From Candidatus Obscuribacterales bacterium (GTDB taxonomy: Bacteria > Cyanobacteriota > Vampirovibrionia > Obscuribacterales > Obscuribacteraceae), in the NCBI GenBank assembly GCA_965228855.1, contig CBDDIJ010000003.1:3296001-3360000 (forward strand): a stretch of DNA of 64,000 nt. Reading direction: 5' to 3'. The stretch's first letter is position 1. Every line of letters begins with the position of its first letter. A program made the position numbers and the translations under genes. Of this stretch, positions 38,521 to 48,200 are shown one piece after another. Below the pieces are notes generated by a model, which worked only from the letters and a program-made list of their open reading frames with translations, did no database searches and was not told the origin of the DNA.

Positions 38521-39621
38521 ATGCTTAAGGCTGGAATCGTAGGACTTCCCAACGTTGGTAAATCAACGCTTTTTAATGCGTTGACCGGCACATATCAAGC
38601 CGAAAGTGCAAACTATCCGTTCTGCACAATCGACCCGAACGTTGGCATCGTAAAAGTTGCCGACAACCGGCTTGAGAAACTGACGTCGATGGTCAATCCA
38701 CAACAGGTTATTCCCGCGGCATTCGAGTTCGTCGACATCGCCGGTCTGGTGCGCGGAGCCAGCAAAGGCGAAGGGCTCGGCAACCAATTCCTCGCGCACA
38801 TCAGAGAAGTTGACGCTATCGTTCACGTTGTTCGTTGTTTCGAAGATGAAAACGTCGTTCACGTTGACGGTGCAGTAGATCCGATTCGCGATCTGGAAAC
38901 CATCCACATCGAGCTAGCCATGGCAGATTCCTCTTCGATTGAAAAACGTTTGGATCGCTTGGCGAAGCAAAAAAAGCAAGGTGACAAGAGATCTGTGCTC
39001 GAGCATGAATTGCTGTCGAAACTACTGCCGTCGATTCAGGCAGTTGAACCGCCGCCTCTAGACTCGCTCACTGACGAAGAAAGAGAAATTTTGCCACAGA
39101 TGCAACTGCTTTCAACTAAACCGCTAATCTATGTCGCCAATGTCGCAGAATCGGACCTCGCAAATATAGACGGCAACAAATACGTCGCAAAACTTAGAGA
39201 GCATGCGGCTTCCGAAAACCGCAAAGTTGCAGTCATCTCGGCAGCGATTGAAGCAGAACTTGCAACTCTTACTCCAGAAGATCGCAAAGACTATCTCGAC
39301 AGTCTGGGCGTGAGCGATTCCGGCGTAAATGGTTTGATCAAACTAGCCTTCGATCAACTCGGTTTAAAAACATATTTCACCGCAGGCGAAAAGGAAGTTC
39401 GCGCATGGCCCTTCGAATCAGGCATGACAGCACCGCAGTGCGCAGGCATTATTCATACGGATTTCGAACGTGGTTTTATCCGCGCCGAAATCATCGGCTA
39501 CGATGACTACGTCACAGCCGGTTCCGAGAAAGTAGCGAAGGAGAAAGGCACCATGCGGCTTGAGGGCAAAGAGTATCGCATGGCAGATGGCGACGTGGTG
39601 CACTTCCGCTTCAACGTTTAG
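38521..39621 (+). CDS. ychF: Redox-regulated ATPase YchF
   Basis: MLKAGIVGLPNVGKSTLFNAL, ANYPFCTIDPN, DIAGLVRGASKGEGLGNQFL, ends VVHFRFNV; true start ATG 38521. Confidence 0.97.
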   Translation: MLKAGIVGLPNVGKSTLFNALTGTYQAESANYPFCTIDPNVGIVKVADNRLEKLTSMVNPQQVIPAAFEFVDIAGLVRGASKGEGLGNQFLAHIREVDAIVHVVRCFEDENVVHVDGAVDPIRDLETIHIELAMADSSSIEKRLDRLAKQKKQGDKRSVLEHELLSKLLPSIQAVEPPPLDSLTDEEREILPQMQLLSTKPLIYVANVAESDLANIDGNKYVAKLREHAASENRKVAVISAAIEAELATLTPEDRKDYLDSLGVSDSGVNGLIKLAFDQLGLKTYFTAGEKEVRAWPFESGMTAPQCAGIIHTDFERGFIRAEIIGYDDYVTAGSEKVAKEKGTMRLEGKEYRMADGDVVHFRFNV

Positions 39622-41123
39622 TCAGAAGAACGCTCATTAGCAAGCGAGGAGCTCAAGACATTCGCGAGCAACTTTGCGGCATCGATTTCATACTTTTCCC
39701 AGGGCACCGCACGACCTTTTCGACTTTCAGTCCACAGTGCAAATGAAGTACGCGGGTAAAGTCTGGAGCCGAACTGATTGTCTTCAGTTGGTTTAAACGG
39801 ATCCCCCGCCCAATTCACTTCAGTCGTGACCTCGAGACGGAACCACAATACCCAGGCTTTGGGCAGTCCTGATATCTTGGCGGCCAAAAGTCCACAGGCG
39901 TAAGAGCCAATTGAACTGCCATACCTCGCAGGCAAATCATCACACGCGAAAACAGCTTCGTCGCGCTCAAGCCAGGAAACCAGCGAGCGCATTGTCACTT
40001 CATCCGGCACCGCATGTTTCTTCCAAATCTTATCGCCAATTACAAGCGCGCATCCTGTGCAGTTGATAAGCGTCTCCAGGCTCGGACGTTCTTGGATTAG
40101 CGACTCAGGAGAGCCGCTCTTTTTAACGTTATCGAGCATATGCTCGACCACATGGAAGGCAGCACTTTTTCGATCTGCACTAACGACCTTATTCAGATCG
40201 GTAATTCGAGATGAGCAAAACTCGCTCATCGAGTAATAAAACAGTGCATCATCCAGACAAAAGTTTTTGGGTGAAGCATGGTGGCACGCAATCAATCCCC
40301 AGAACTTGTTTCCGTTAAACAACGAAATCGACATTGATGCCTTAACATTCATATTGCGCAAATACTGCAAGTGAATTGGCGATACACTTCGCAAAAACGA
40401 AAAGCTCATATCAAGCGGCTCAAGGTGGTCAGCTTGAACCAGTGGTGACTGAGGATCATCGATATCCGCAATTACGCGAATCCTGTTTCGCAAATACAAT
40501 TCACGTGCTTGAACCGGAATATCAGATGCGGGAAAATGAAGTCCAAGATACGACGGCATGAAACTTTCCCGAGCCTCTGCGATCACTTCGCCGTTCCACT
40601 CCGGGTCAAATTTGTAAACCTTAACTCGATCGAAATTGGAAACAGAACGAATTTTCTCAGCAATCATTTGCGCCAACTCAAGTTCATTCGTAGCGGCAGA
40701 AAAACGGTTGGCGAATGATCGGACAGTGGAGAAGAAATCAAGCGAGCTATCTTCATTGGCAGGCACAATGTCGATAAAGCTTTCGCCGACCGTCAGATGC
40801 GTGTGAGCGCAAAGTTTACGACCGCTTTTCGATACTATCGAAGCGCAGTAGAAGAAGTCATTTTCATCCTCCGGGCGAATTTTCGAAATTTCGCGCTCAT
40901 CGAAAATATCCGACAATGGTTTTCCAAGAAGATCCAGAGCGCTGAGTTCCAAAATACTTTTGACGTTTTCGGTCGCCCGAGTAATTTTGTGCTCTCTGTC
41001 AAAAGCAATCAGCGCACCAAAGCTTTGAACGGTTCCCGGAATATGAATTTGTTCTTTGTCACAGTTGTCGATTGACAACGCTTCGATTTTCGATTGCAGT
41101 GCGGTTTTCGGATCGTTAGTCAT
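39618..41123 (-). CDS. bphP: Bacteriophytochrome photosensory core (PAS-GAF-PHY) without output domain
   Basis: N-terminal Cys (NCDKEQIHIPGTVQ), YLGLHFPASDIP, LRSVSPIHLQYLRNM, WAG and PRTSF tongue motifs. Confidence 0.9.
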   Translation of the reverse strand: MTNDPKTALQSKIEALSIDNCDKEQIHIPGTVQSFGALIAFDREHKITRATENVKSILELSALDLLGKPLSDIFDEREISKIRPEDENDFFYCASIVSKSGRKLCAHTHLTVGESFIDIVPANEDSSLDFFSTVRSFANRFSAATNELELAQMIAEKIRSVSNFDRVKVYKFDPEWNGEVIAEARESFMPSYLGLHFPASDIPVQARELYLRNRIRVIADIDDPQSPLVQADHLEPLDMSFSFLRSVSPIHLQYLRNMNVKASMSISLFNGNKFWGLIACHHASPKNFCLDDALFYYSMSEFCSSRITDLNKVVSADRKSAAFHVVEHMLDNVKKSGSPESLIQERPSLETLINCTGCALVIGDKIWKKHAVPDEVTMRSLVSWLERDEAVFACDDLPARYGSSIGSYACGLLAAKISGLPKAWVLWFRLEVTTEVNWAGDPFKPTEDNQFGSRLYPRTSFALWTESRKGRAVPWEKYEIDAAKLLANVLSSSLANERSSD

Positions 41124-41283
41124 GGAATACTCAAGTCTGGGTTTCTAAAAGGTCACCCGATAAAAGATAGCATTCTTCATCACACCTGTAGCCTCGCAGT
41201 GAAACATGCGCATACATTGGTCGAATATGACGCGACGTTTGGACTCGCGGTACATTCGTGCTGCTATCAGTTACAATCATTAA

Positions 41284-42585
41284 ATGTGCCCATCAGAATC
41301 TGCGACCAGCGAAAATAACGCAACAACCGACAGCGGAAAAACAGTCGCAATCATCGGCGGTGGCCCAGCTGGATTGATGGCGGCAGAAATTCTCATAGAC
41401 TCCGTTGCGAGGATCGACATATATGACTCGATGCCGACCATTGGTCGGAAATTTTTACGCGCCGGATTGGGCGGATTGAACATAACGCATAGCGAGCCGT
41501 TTGACGCCTTTTGCTCCAGGTATGGAGATCGTCAAAAATTCATGCAAGAATTTCTTGAAGATTTTCCACCCGATGCATTCCGGGAGTGGGTACACGAGCT
41601 GGGCATAGAAACCTTCGTTGGAACATCAGGTCGTGTCTTTCCTAAAGAGATGAAAGCGGCACCACTGCTAAGGGCATGGGTTCACCGGTCGCGCGCAGCC
41701 GGTGTGCGTTTTCACCATAACCATCGATGGATTGGGTTTGGACAAAACGATTCATTGATGTTCGAAACAAAATCAGATCCTGGCGACAGCAGCGTCGAAA
41801 CTGTTTCAGTACCAAAACCAGATGCTACCATTCTCGCACTCGGAGGGGCCAGCTGGCCACAGCTTGGTTCGACTGGAACCTGGGCTCAAATCCTCATGGA
41901 CAAAGGCGTATCAGTACAACCATGGCAAGCCTCTAACTGTGCATTCGACATCGACTGGACGAATCACATGCGAGAACGATTCTCGCATGAGCCACTAAAA
42001 GCGGTATCACTGACATTTACAGATGTAAACGGCAGCACAGAAACGAAACAAGGTGAACTTCTCATTACGGATTACGGCATCGAAGGCAGCTTGATTTACT
42101 GGTTTTCAAAACGTATTCGCGAGTCAATTAACGAAGATGGCAAGGCAACATTCTTCCTCGATCTGCTGCCGGGAAGAACAATGGATAAAGTTCTGAATGA
42201 GCTATCTAAGCCGCGCGGTTCGCGATCGATATCACGCCACCTCCAATCGGTCCTCGGCAACAACGCACTCAAGAAAGCACTTCTGTATGAGATTATCGAA
42301 CGAGAAAAGTTCGCAGACTCACATGCCCTGTCGAAAGCAATCAAAGCACTCCCAATCACAACGCAGAAAGTTCATTCACTGGACAAAGCAATTAGCACTG
42401 CCGGCGGTGTCGGTTTTAATTCAGTTGATAGAAACCTGATGCTCAAAACGATGCCTGGAGTTTTCGTCGCCGGTGAGATGCTCGATTGGGAAGCCCCCAC
42501 CGGTGGCTATCTGCTCACGGCTTGCGTCGCCAGCGGTCGTTGGGCCGGCAAGAGCGCCGCCCGCTGGCTTACGGAAACAAGATGA
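41284..42585 (+). CDS. HI0933/BaiN-family (TIGR03862-like) flavoprotein
   Basis: [60 protein letters not shown]. Confidence 0.9.
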   Translation: MCPSESATSENNATTDSGKTVAIIGGGPAGLMAAEILIDSVARIDIYDSMPTIGRKFLRAGLGGLNITHSEPFDAFCSRYGDRQKFMQEFLEDFPPDAFREWVHELGIETFVGTSGRVFPKEMKAAPLLRAWVHRSRAAGVRFHHNHRWIGFGQNDSLMFETKSDPGDSSVETVSVPKPDATILALGGASWPQLGSTGTWAQILMDKGVSVQPWQASNCAFDIDWTNHMRERFSHEPLKAVSLTFTDVNGSTETKQGELLITDYGIEGSLIYWFSKRIRESINEDGKATFFLDLLPGRTMDKVLNELSKPRGSRSISRHLQSVLGNNALKKALLYEIIEREKFADSHALSKAIKALPITTQKVHSLDKAISTAGGVGFNSVDRNLMLKTMPGVFVAGEMLDWEAPTGGYLLTACVASGRWAGKSAARWLTETR

Positions 42586-42600
42586 ACGCGCTTGAGTTGC

Positions 42601-43086
42601 TCAGAAATAAAACTGGAGGAGCGCCTTGTTCGCCGCGCTTGACTCGGTCATAAAGTTTCTAAGTTCAAAGAAGTCGGTACACAGACTCTCCAGAGCACTT
42701 TCAGATTCGAATACTCCCGTTTTGAGACTCTTCTTCATTTCCTCTGCGTCAAAGCATTCACGCAGCTCGATTTCAGAAATAGCTGCCAGCGCACGCTCGA
42801 TTGTTGCCACCTCAGATCGTGAGAAGGCACGAATTTCTTCAACTCCACTGTCTTCGTCCACAAATTCTATAGGAATTCCTCCCGACGTGAGAAAGGAAAG
42901 AAGCTGATTGCGCCCAGCTTCGGTCCGTCTTATCAAAAAGTCTATACCAGGCCAAGTCCAATCTAGAGCAAACTCATCATCGTCATCATCGTCGTTAATG
43001 ATTTCCCCAAGCATGCTGTGGTCACCTTCAATGATTTCATTAAAGATGTCCTCGTTGATAGCCAATAAACAACAGCCAACGCCCAT
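42601..43086 (-). CDS. YfbM / DUF1877-family protein
   Basis: MGV...LDWTWPGIDFL...GG...FS.SEV..I..AL...F.ELRNF....A...A pattern. Confidence 0.7.
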   Translation of the reverse strand: MGVGCCLLAINEDIFNEIIEGDHSMLGEIINDDDDDDEFALDWTWPGIDFLIRRTEAGRNQLLSFLTSGGIPIEFVDEDSGVEEIRAFSRSEVATIERALAAISEIELRECFDAEEMKKSLKTGVFESESALESLCTDFFELRNFMTESSAANKALLQFYF

Positions 43087-43164
43087 CTGCGCATCCCCCT
43101 AAACCTAATTACTAATCGCATAACTCGGAAAAATGAAAGTTCGAACCGGCCCCCTCTATATATC

Positions 43165-43833
43165 TCATGAGCGGTAACGCCCCATGTGCCGCTGCCACTC
43201 GACATTTTGACTAAACTCCAGCTCGTCGAGAAGAGGATAAACATTTCTAGCAGCAAATCTATTAACCGCAACAAAAATGTCACCAGTTCCGAACATGAAA
43301 CCAAAAAATGTCATGGACAGACAGACTATGCCGGCAGTCTTCCAGCGAGGCAATCGGTATCGGCGAAGCGAACAGGAAACAAATAGACTACTGAGAATCA
43401 CAAAGGTAGAGAAGCACTGGACTCTGTATTTCCAGACGAGTTGAAACGTGTTTTCAAACATTGCCACTAGCATACCTGAGCTCCAGAACGTGTGCAGGCC
43501 GACATACACATCGTTGTTGCGGTACTGCCTGAAACCATCAGTTAAGAGCGATTCGATAATCTGAGCTTCTGAACTTTGCCGCTGCGCGGCTTGAGATATG
43601 TAACTGGTTGGAATGTCGGCAAAAGATGTCATCTTCGGTAGTTCCACGCACCTCCGACCGATATCGAAAGAGCATGGATAAGCCGAGTTAGGTGGTTCCG
43701 GTTCAACCGCTGAAGCGAAACCTTTATCGAATACTCGGTCCAGGCCAAGTAAGGGATAGTTTGCAACACAAAACAACGCCAGAAAGGCGGCGGTAAGCAC
43801 CATCCAAAGTCTCAGTGCGCGAAACAGCATCAT
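43165..43833 (-). CDS. Hypothetical membrane protein
   Basis: 222-aa ORF with three hydrophobic segments. Confidence 0.55.
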   Translation of the reverse strand: MMLFRALRLWMVLTAAFLALFCVANYPLLGLDRVFDKGFASAVEPEPPNSAYPCSFDIGRRCVELPKMTSFADIPTSYISQAAQRQSSEAQIIESLLTDGFRQYRNNDVYVGLHTFWSSGMLVAMFENTFQLVWKYRVQCFSTFVILSSLFVSCSLRRYRLPRWKTAGIVCLSMTFFGFMFGTGDIFVAVNRFAARNVYPLLDELEFSQNVEWQRHMGRYRS

Positions 43834-43884
43834 TTAGTACCGAACGACAATACCCTAAAGTATTCGAATCGGCGCAGCACGTCT

Positions 43885-43953
43885 GTGTGGTAATTCCCCC
43901 TGAGGGCGATTGAAATTGATATAGCTCGAAAAATTCAATCAGGAACAACGTAG
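43885..43953. repeat. Fused copy of the two flanks (53773-53806 and 54085-54118) of the candidate selenoprotein gene
   Basis: taattccccctgagggcgattgaaattga|tatagctcgaaaaattcaatcaggaacaacgtag vs taatccccctgagggcgatagaaattga...tatagctcgaaaaattcaatcaggaacgacctag. Confidence 0.85.
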
Positions 43954-43960
43954 TTAATTC

Positions 43961-44353
43961 TGCATTCGACATCGACTGGACGAATCACATACACGTTCAG
44001 TATCACGCCACCTTCAAACGGTCCTGCGCAAAAACGCACTCAGGAAAGCACTTCTGTATGAGATTATCGAACGGGAAAAGTTCGCAGATTCACATGCCCT
44101 GTCGAAAGCGATCAAGGCACTCCCAATCACAACGCAGAAAGTTCATTCACTGGACGAGCAATTAGCACTGCGGGCGGTGCCAGTTTTGATTCAGTAGACA
44201 GTAACCTGATGCTTAAAGCGATGCCTGGAGTTTTTCGTCGCCGGTGAGATGCTCGATTGGGAAGCCCCCACCGGCGGCTATCTGCTCACGGCTTTCGTCG
44301 CCAGCGGTCGTTGGGCCGGCAAGAGTGCCGCCCGCTGGCTTGCGGAACGATAG
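43961..44353 (+). pseudogene. Decayed duplicate of the 3' part of the HI0933-family gene
   Basis: 43961-43990 is identical to 41940-41969; 44001-44347 aligns to 42230-42577 with substitutions and 1-bp indels; about 260 bp internal deletion. Confidence 0.9.
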
Positions 44354-44413
44354 AAGTTTTCCCACCGCTGATTTGGGCATATTCTCAGAGAAGATGAGAA
44401 CCGAAGGAGGTGC

Positions 44414-45226
44414 ATGAATCTCATGAAAACAGCCGGCAGATTGTTTTTTTTATCGATGCTGATCGCACTCACTTGCCACCCAGGGCCATCTCAGGCGCAA
44501 GAAGATCAACAGTCCCTTCTCACCCGGTACAGAAATCTTCAGAAAGAGGCTCTGGACCTGCAAGAGAAGAAGAACTACGTGGAGTCCGAGATAAAGTTCA
44601 GTCAACTGGTAGACGTTGCTCGAAAGTATCCCGGACCCAACAATCAAAATCTCTCCATGGCCCTGCTCGGTTGGAGCCAGGTCCTCGGGATGCTGGATCG
44701 GGGAGGAGATAGCTGGAAAGCCAGTCAAGAAGCACATAAGCTGACCTCGGAGTCCCTCCGGAAGTCAGGAATGGCAGGCGCGGCCAAGACTCTCGATGCT
44801 GTTTACAGTAGAGCCGACACCGCCATGAAGGAGTCCGAAGCCAAGTATGGAGCTCTGAATGGCAGTGGTAAGCGTCTTAACGACATGAGTGTCAAAGGTT
44901 CTATGCGCACGATGCAGATAGCAGCAAATGCGTACAAAGAGAACTACAAGAGGTATCCGACCTCTCTGGATGTCAGATTCAAAAGCTATTTTCCGGGTGG
45001 CGGATCTGATGGAAAGACCGTTCCGAAGCCTCCGATGAATTTCATCACACATCAGCGCCAGTGGCCCATAGCGGCTTCCCCCGGCATCTCTGTAAAGCCC
45101 TCGCCGGGGCAGATCATCTACATCGCCACTCCAGATGGGCGCAAATATTCTATATACGGCTTCGACCAGACAGGGAAGTATCTGATCGATCAGACGACCG
45201 GCAAGACACTGGTATTGACCAACTAA
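44414..45226 (+). CDS. Secreted protein with TPR-like N-terminal region and GspG/pilin-like C-terminal domain
   Basis: Signal peptide; VKGSMRTMQIAANAYKENYKRYP and PGQIIY...YSIYGFD segments. Confidence 0.6.
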   Translation: MNLMKTAGRLFFLSMLIALTCHPGPSQAQEDQQSLLTRYRNLQKEALDLQEKKNYVESEIKFSQLVDVARKYPGPNNQNLSMALLGWSQVLGMLDRGGDSWKASQEAHKLTSESLRKSGMAGAAKTLDAVYSRADTAMKESEAKYGALNGSGKRLNDMSVKGSMRTMQIAANAYKENYKRYPTSLDVRFKSYFPGGGSDGKTVPKPPMNFITHQRQWPIAASPGISVKPSPGQIIYIATPDGRKYSIYGFDQTGKYLIDQTTGKTLVLTN

Positions 45227-45292
45227 GATGGAAGCGTAGCGGGCGGAACCTACCTATGTATGCTGCAATACCAAACGATGCCCATGAAATTG

Positions 45293-48200
45293 TTACGGCG
45301 TGGATGTGCCGTTGCTGCCAGCGGTGCCATTGGTGCCTGTGCCACCGCCGACGGTCCCGCCTGTACCGCCGAGACCGGCGCTGCCACCATCTACGTCGGC
45401 CGGATTTGTCAACACGTTGGTTGTAGTGATCGAGCCGCCGTTTCCACCATTGCCACCGTTGCCGCCATCTCCTCCGGTTACGACAAGGCCTCCGCCACTA
45501 CCGCCGGTGCCGCCGGTGCCGCCATTTCTTCCTGCTGACCTGGCAAAGCCGAGCACGGTAATCGTACCTTTGGAACCGAGATCTATTACTCCACCATTGC
45601 CAGCGAGCGAACCGTCTCCACCATCCGCACCCTCGGCGCGAGTGCCCGTTGCTGAATCACCGCCTGAACCGCCAGTTCCACCAACACCTCCGTTTCCGCC
45701 GGAAGAGTCTACTGTGCCGAAGGTCATGTCTCCTTTAACTTTGGTTGCCGTGACCGAGCCTCCGGATCCGGACTGACCGCCATTTCCTCCAGCTCCTGCG
45801 GCTCCGCCAAAGCTGTTCACGCTGTTTCCTCCAGAACCGCCTGTTCCTCCGGTACCACCAGCGCCACCATTGACCGAAACATCATCCAGACTGAGACTGG
45901 CTGCGGTGAAATCGACTGTTCCACCAAGGCCGCCAGCACCTCCGGCCGCACCTGACGAGCCGGTGCCGCCACCACCACTAGTGGTGCCGACCCCTCCGCT
46001 TCCCCCCGTGCCTCCAGTACCGCCATCGCCACCGAGGGCAAGAACATCGTCGACAAAAGGCGTACCTTTTTTGCTGGTGAGGCTCGCTTGACCGGCGATG
46101 CCGCCATTGCCGCCATTACCTGCAGAACCACCTGCGCCGGCTACGACGGCGGTTATAGAACTACCGCCGGAACCTCCACTTCCGCCAGTGGAACCGCTTC
46201 CGCCGTTGAGAATAATGTCGTTCAATACAGAGATATTTCCGGCTTTAGCTGAGAATATCACGATGCCTCCCGCTCCACCGGCGACACCCGCTGCGCCGTC
46301 GCCTCCGTCTCCGCCACCAGCGCCGCTACCACCTCCGCTACCACCTCCGCCACCATTTCCTGCGCTGCCGGAGGTGCCGCCTGCTACGGAAACCGAATTC
46401 AGATTGATGTTACGCGCACTGTTGAGTTGTATAGTGCCTCCGTTTCCAGCGGCTCCGACGACTCCGGCATTTCCTCCGAAACCTCCGCTTTGAGCGTCCG
46501 CGCCACCACCTACGCCACCACTGCCAGAAGTCGAGAGTCCCGTTCCCGCTCGTGCCTGCAGCAGGTTCGTAATGTTGACATCCGGATTGATTTTCCCCTT
46601 CGTTTTGACCAAAATGAATCCGCCGTTGCCCTGAGCGCCGCTGTCACCGCCAGCGCCACCATTGCCTGCGGCGCCTGTAGTGCCGTTTGCAAAGCCACCG
46701 GTTCCGCCGGCCCCACCATTGCCTCCATCTGTTCCGTCGGCGCGAATCGTGTCGGCCAACAGGGACAGAGCGGATATGGATATGGTGCCACCTAGAGCGC
46801 CATTGCCACCAGTTCCGCCGGTGCCGCCGTCTCCAGCAATTCCGTCTGCAATCAGAGAACCACCAGATCCGCCAACACCACCGACACCGGCCGATCCCCC
46901 GCTGGCGTTAACCAGCCCCAGTACTGTTGCTGCGCCGGTAACGGTTATGTCACCTCCGACGCTGGCGCCCAGTGCCGATCCACCGTCACCGCCTCTACCT
47001 GCGCTTCCGGTCAGACTGGCACCGCCTGTGCCACCATTTCCCCCGGAAGCTGAGGTGGTGTAGGTGCTGGTTATGTCTCCGAGAAAGGAAATGTCGACAG
47101 CGCTGATGTTGATTGAACCATTGGAGCCACCATTTGATGCATTGCCACCATTGCCGCCTGCCCCCCCTGCGGCTGTGCTGTCGTTGTTTCCGCCGTCGCC
47201 GCCATTACCACCACTTCCGGATTGACCACCATAAGACAAGATCTGTGTTGAACCCACGGCCGATATGCTACCCGCCTTCTTCGATGTCAGAAGAGTGACG
47301 GTTTGACCGTCACCGCCAGCGCCACCGGCCCCCCCATTGCCGCCTGCGGCTGCATCCATGGTGTTGTCGGCATCGCCGCCATCGCCGCCGGCTCCACCAT
47401 TGCCGCCGCTGGTGCCCGTGGAGTGGATCACTCCGCCTGCGCGCACGGTGATAGTACCGCGCTCTAACTCCACGCTCACGCTCCGGGAGGATCCTCCGTC
47501 GCCACCTGCTCCGCCGGCGCCACCGACTCCACCAGCGGCCAAAACCGAATTGCCTCCATCTCCGCCTTCTCCACCATCAAAAGCCTGGCCGGCTGCGGAA
47601 ATAATTTGAAGAGCTTCTACATTTCCTATGCCATCCGTCAGGAGTGAGACGAATCCTCCGTCTCCACCCGATCCAGCTGCTCCGCCGGCGCCGCCTGCAC
47701 CGCCATTACCTGTAGTACCATTGCCACCGGCTCCGCCATTGCCGCCGAGACCGCCACTTCCCCCAATCGAGACGAATTGATTGCCTCCGATGTTGCCAGC
47801 TTCAGAGGTGAAGAAGACGCTGCCGGAAGCACCTCCGTTTCCGCCATTACCACCGGCGCCGCCGATTCCACCGGTCGTGAAATTAACGCCGGCACTGCCG
47901 TCACCGGCCGCGCCACCATTGCCACCGTAACTGCCTACGCTCGCGTCGATGAAAATTATGTCGACCGCGCCTACTGAGATGTTGCCCCCGGCACCACCAA
48001 AACCACCATCGCCACCGGCGTTGCCGTCTCCCGAAGAGACGGCACCATCTTGTCCAGCACCGCCGTTGCCTCCGGCTGAACTGATCCCTCCTGTATTTAC
48101 GATCGTAAGGTTGCTCTCGGTCGCAGAAATACTTATGCTGCCGCCCTGGCCACCGGCTCCGCCGTCGGCACCGGGTGCAGTGGCATCAGCCCCGTCGGCA

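Noticed and set aside
41940..44353. Diversity-generating retroelement TR/VR pair
   Set aside because: Differences are not adenine-specific and include indels, and no reverse transcriptase is present
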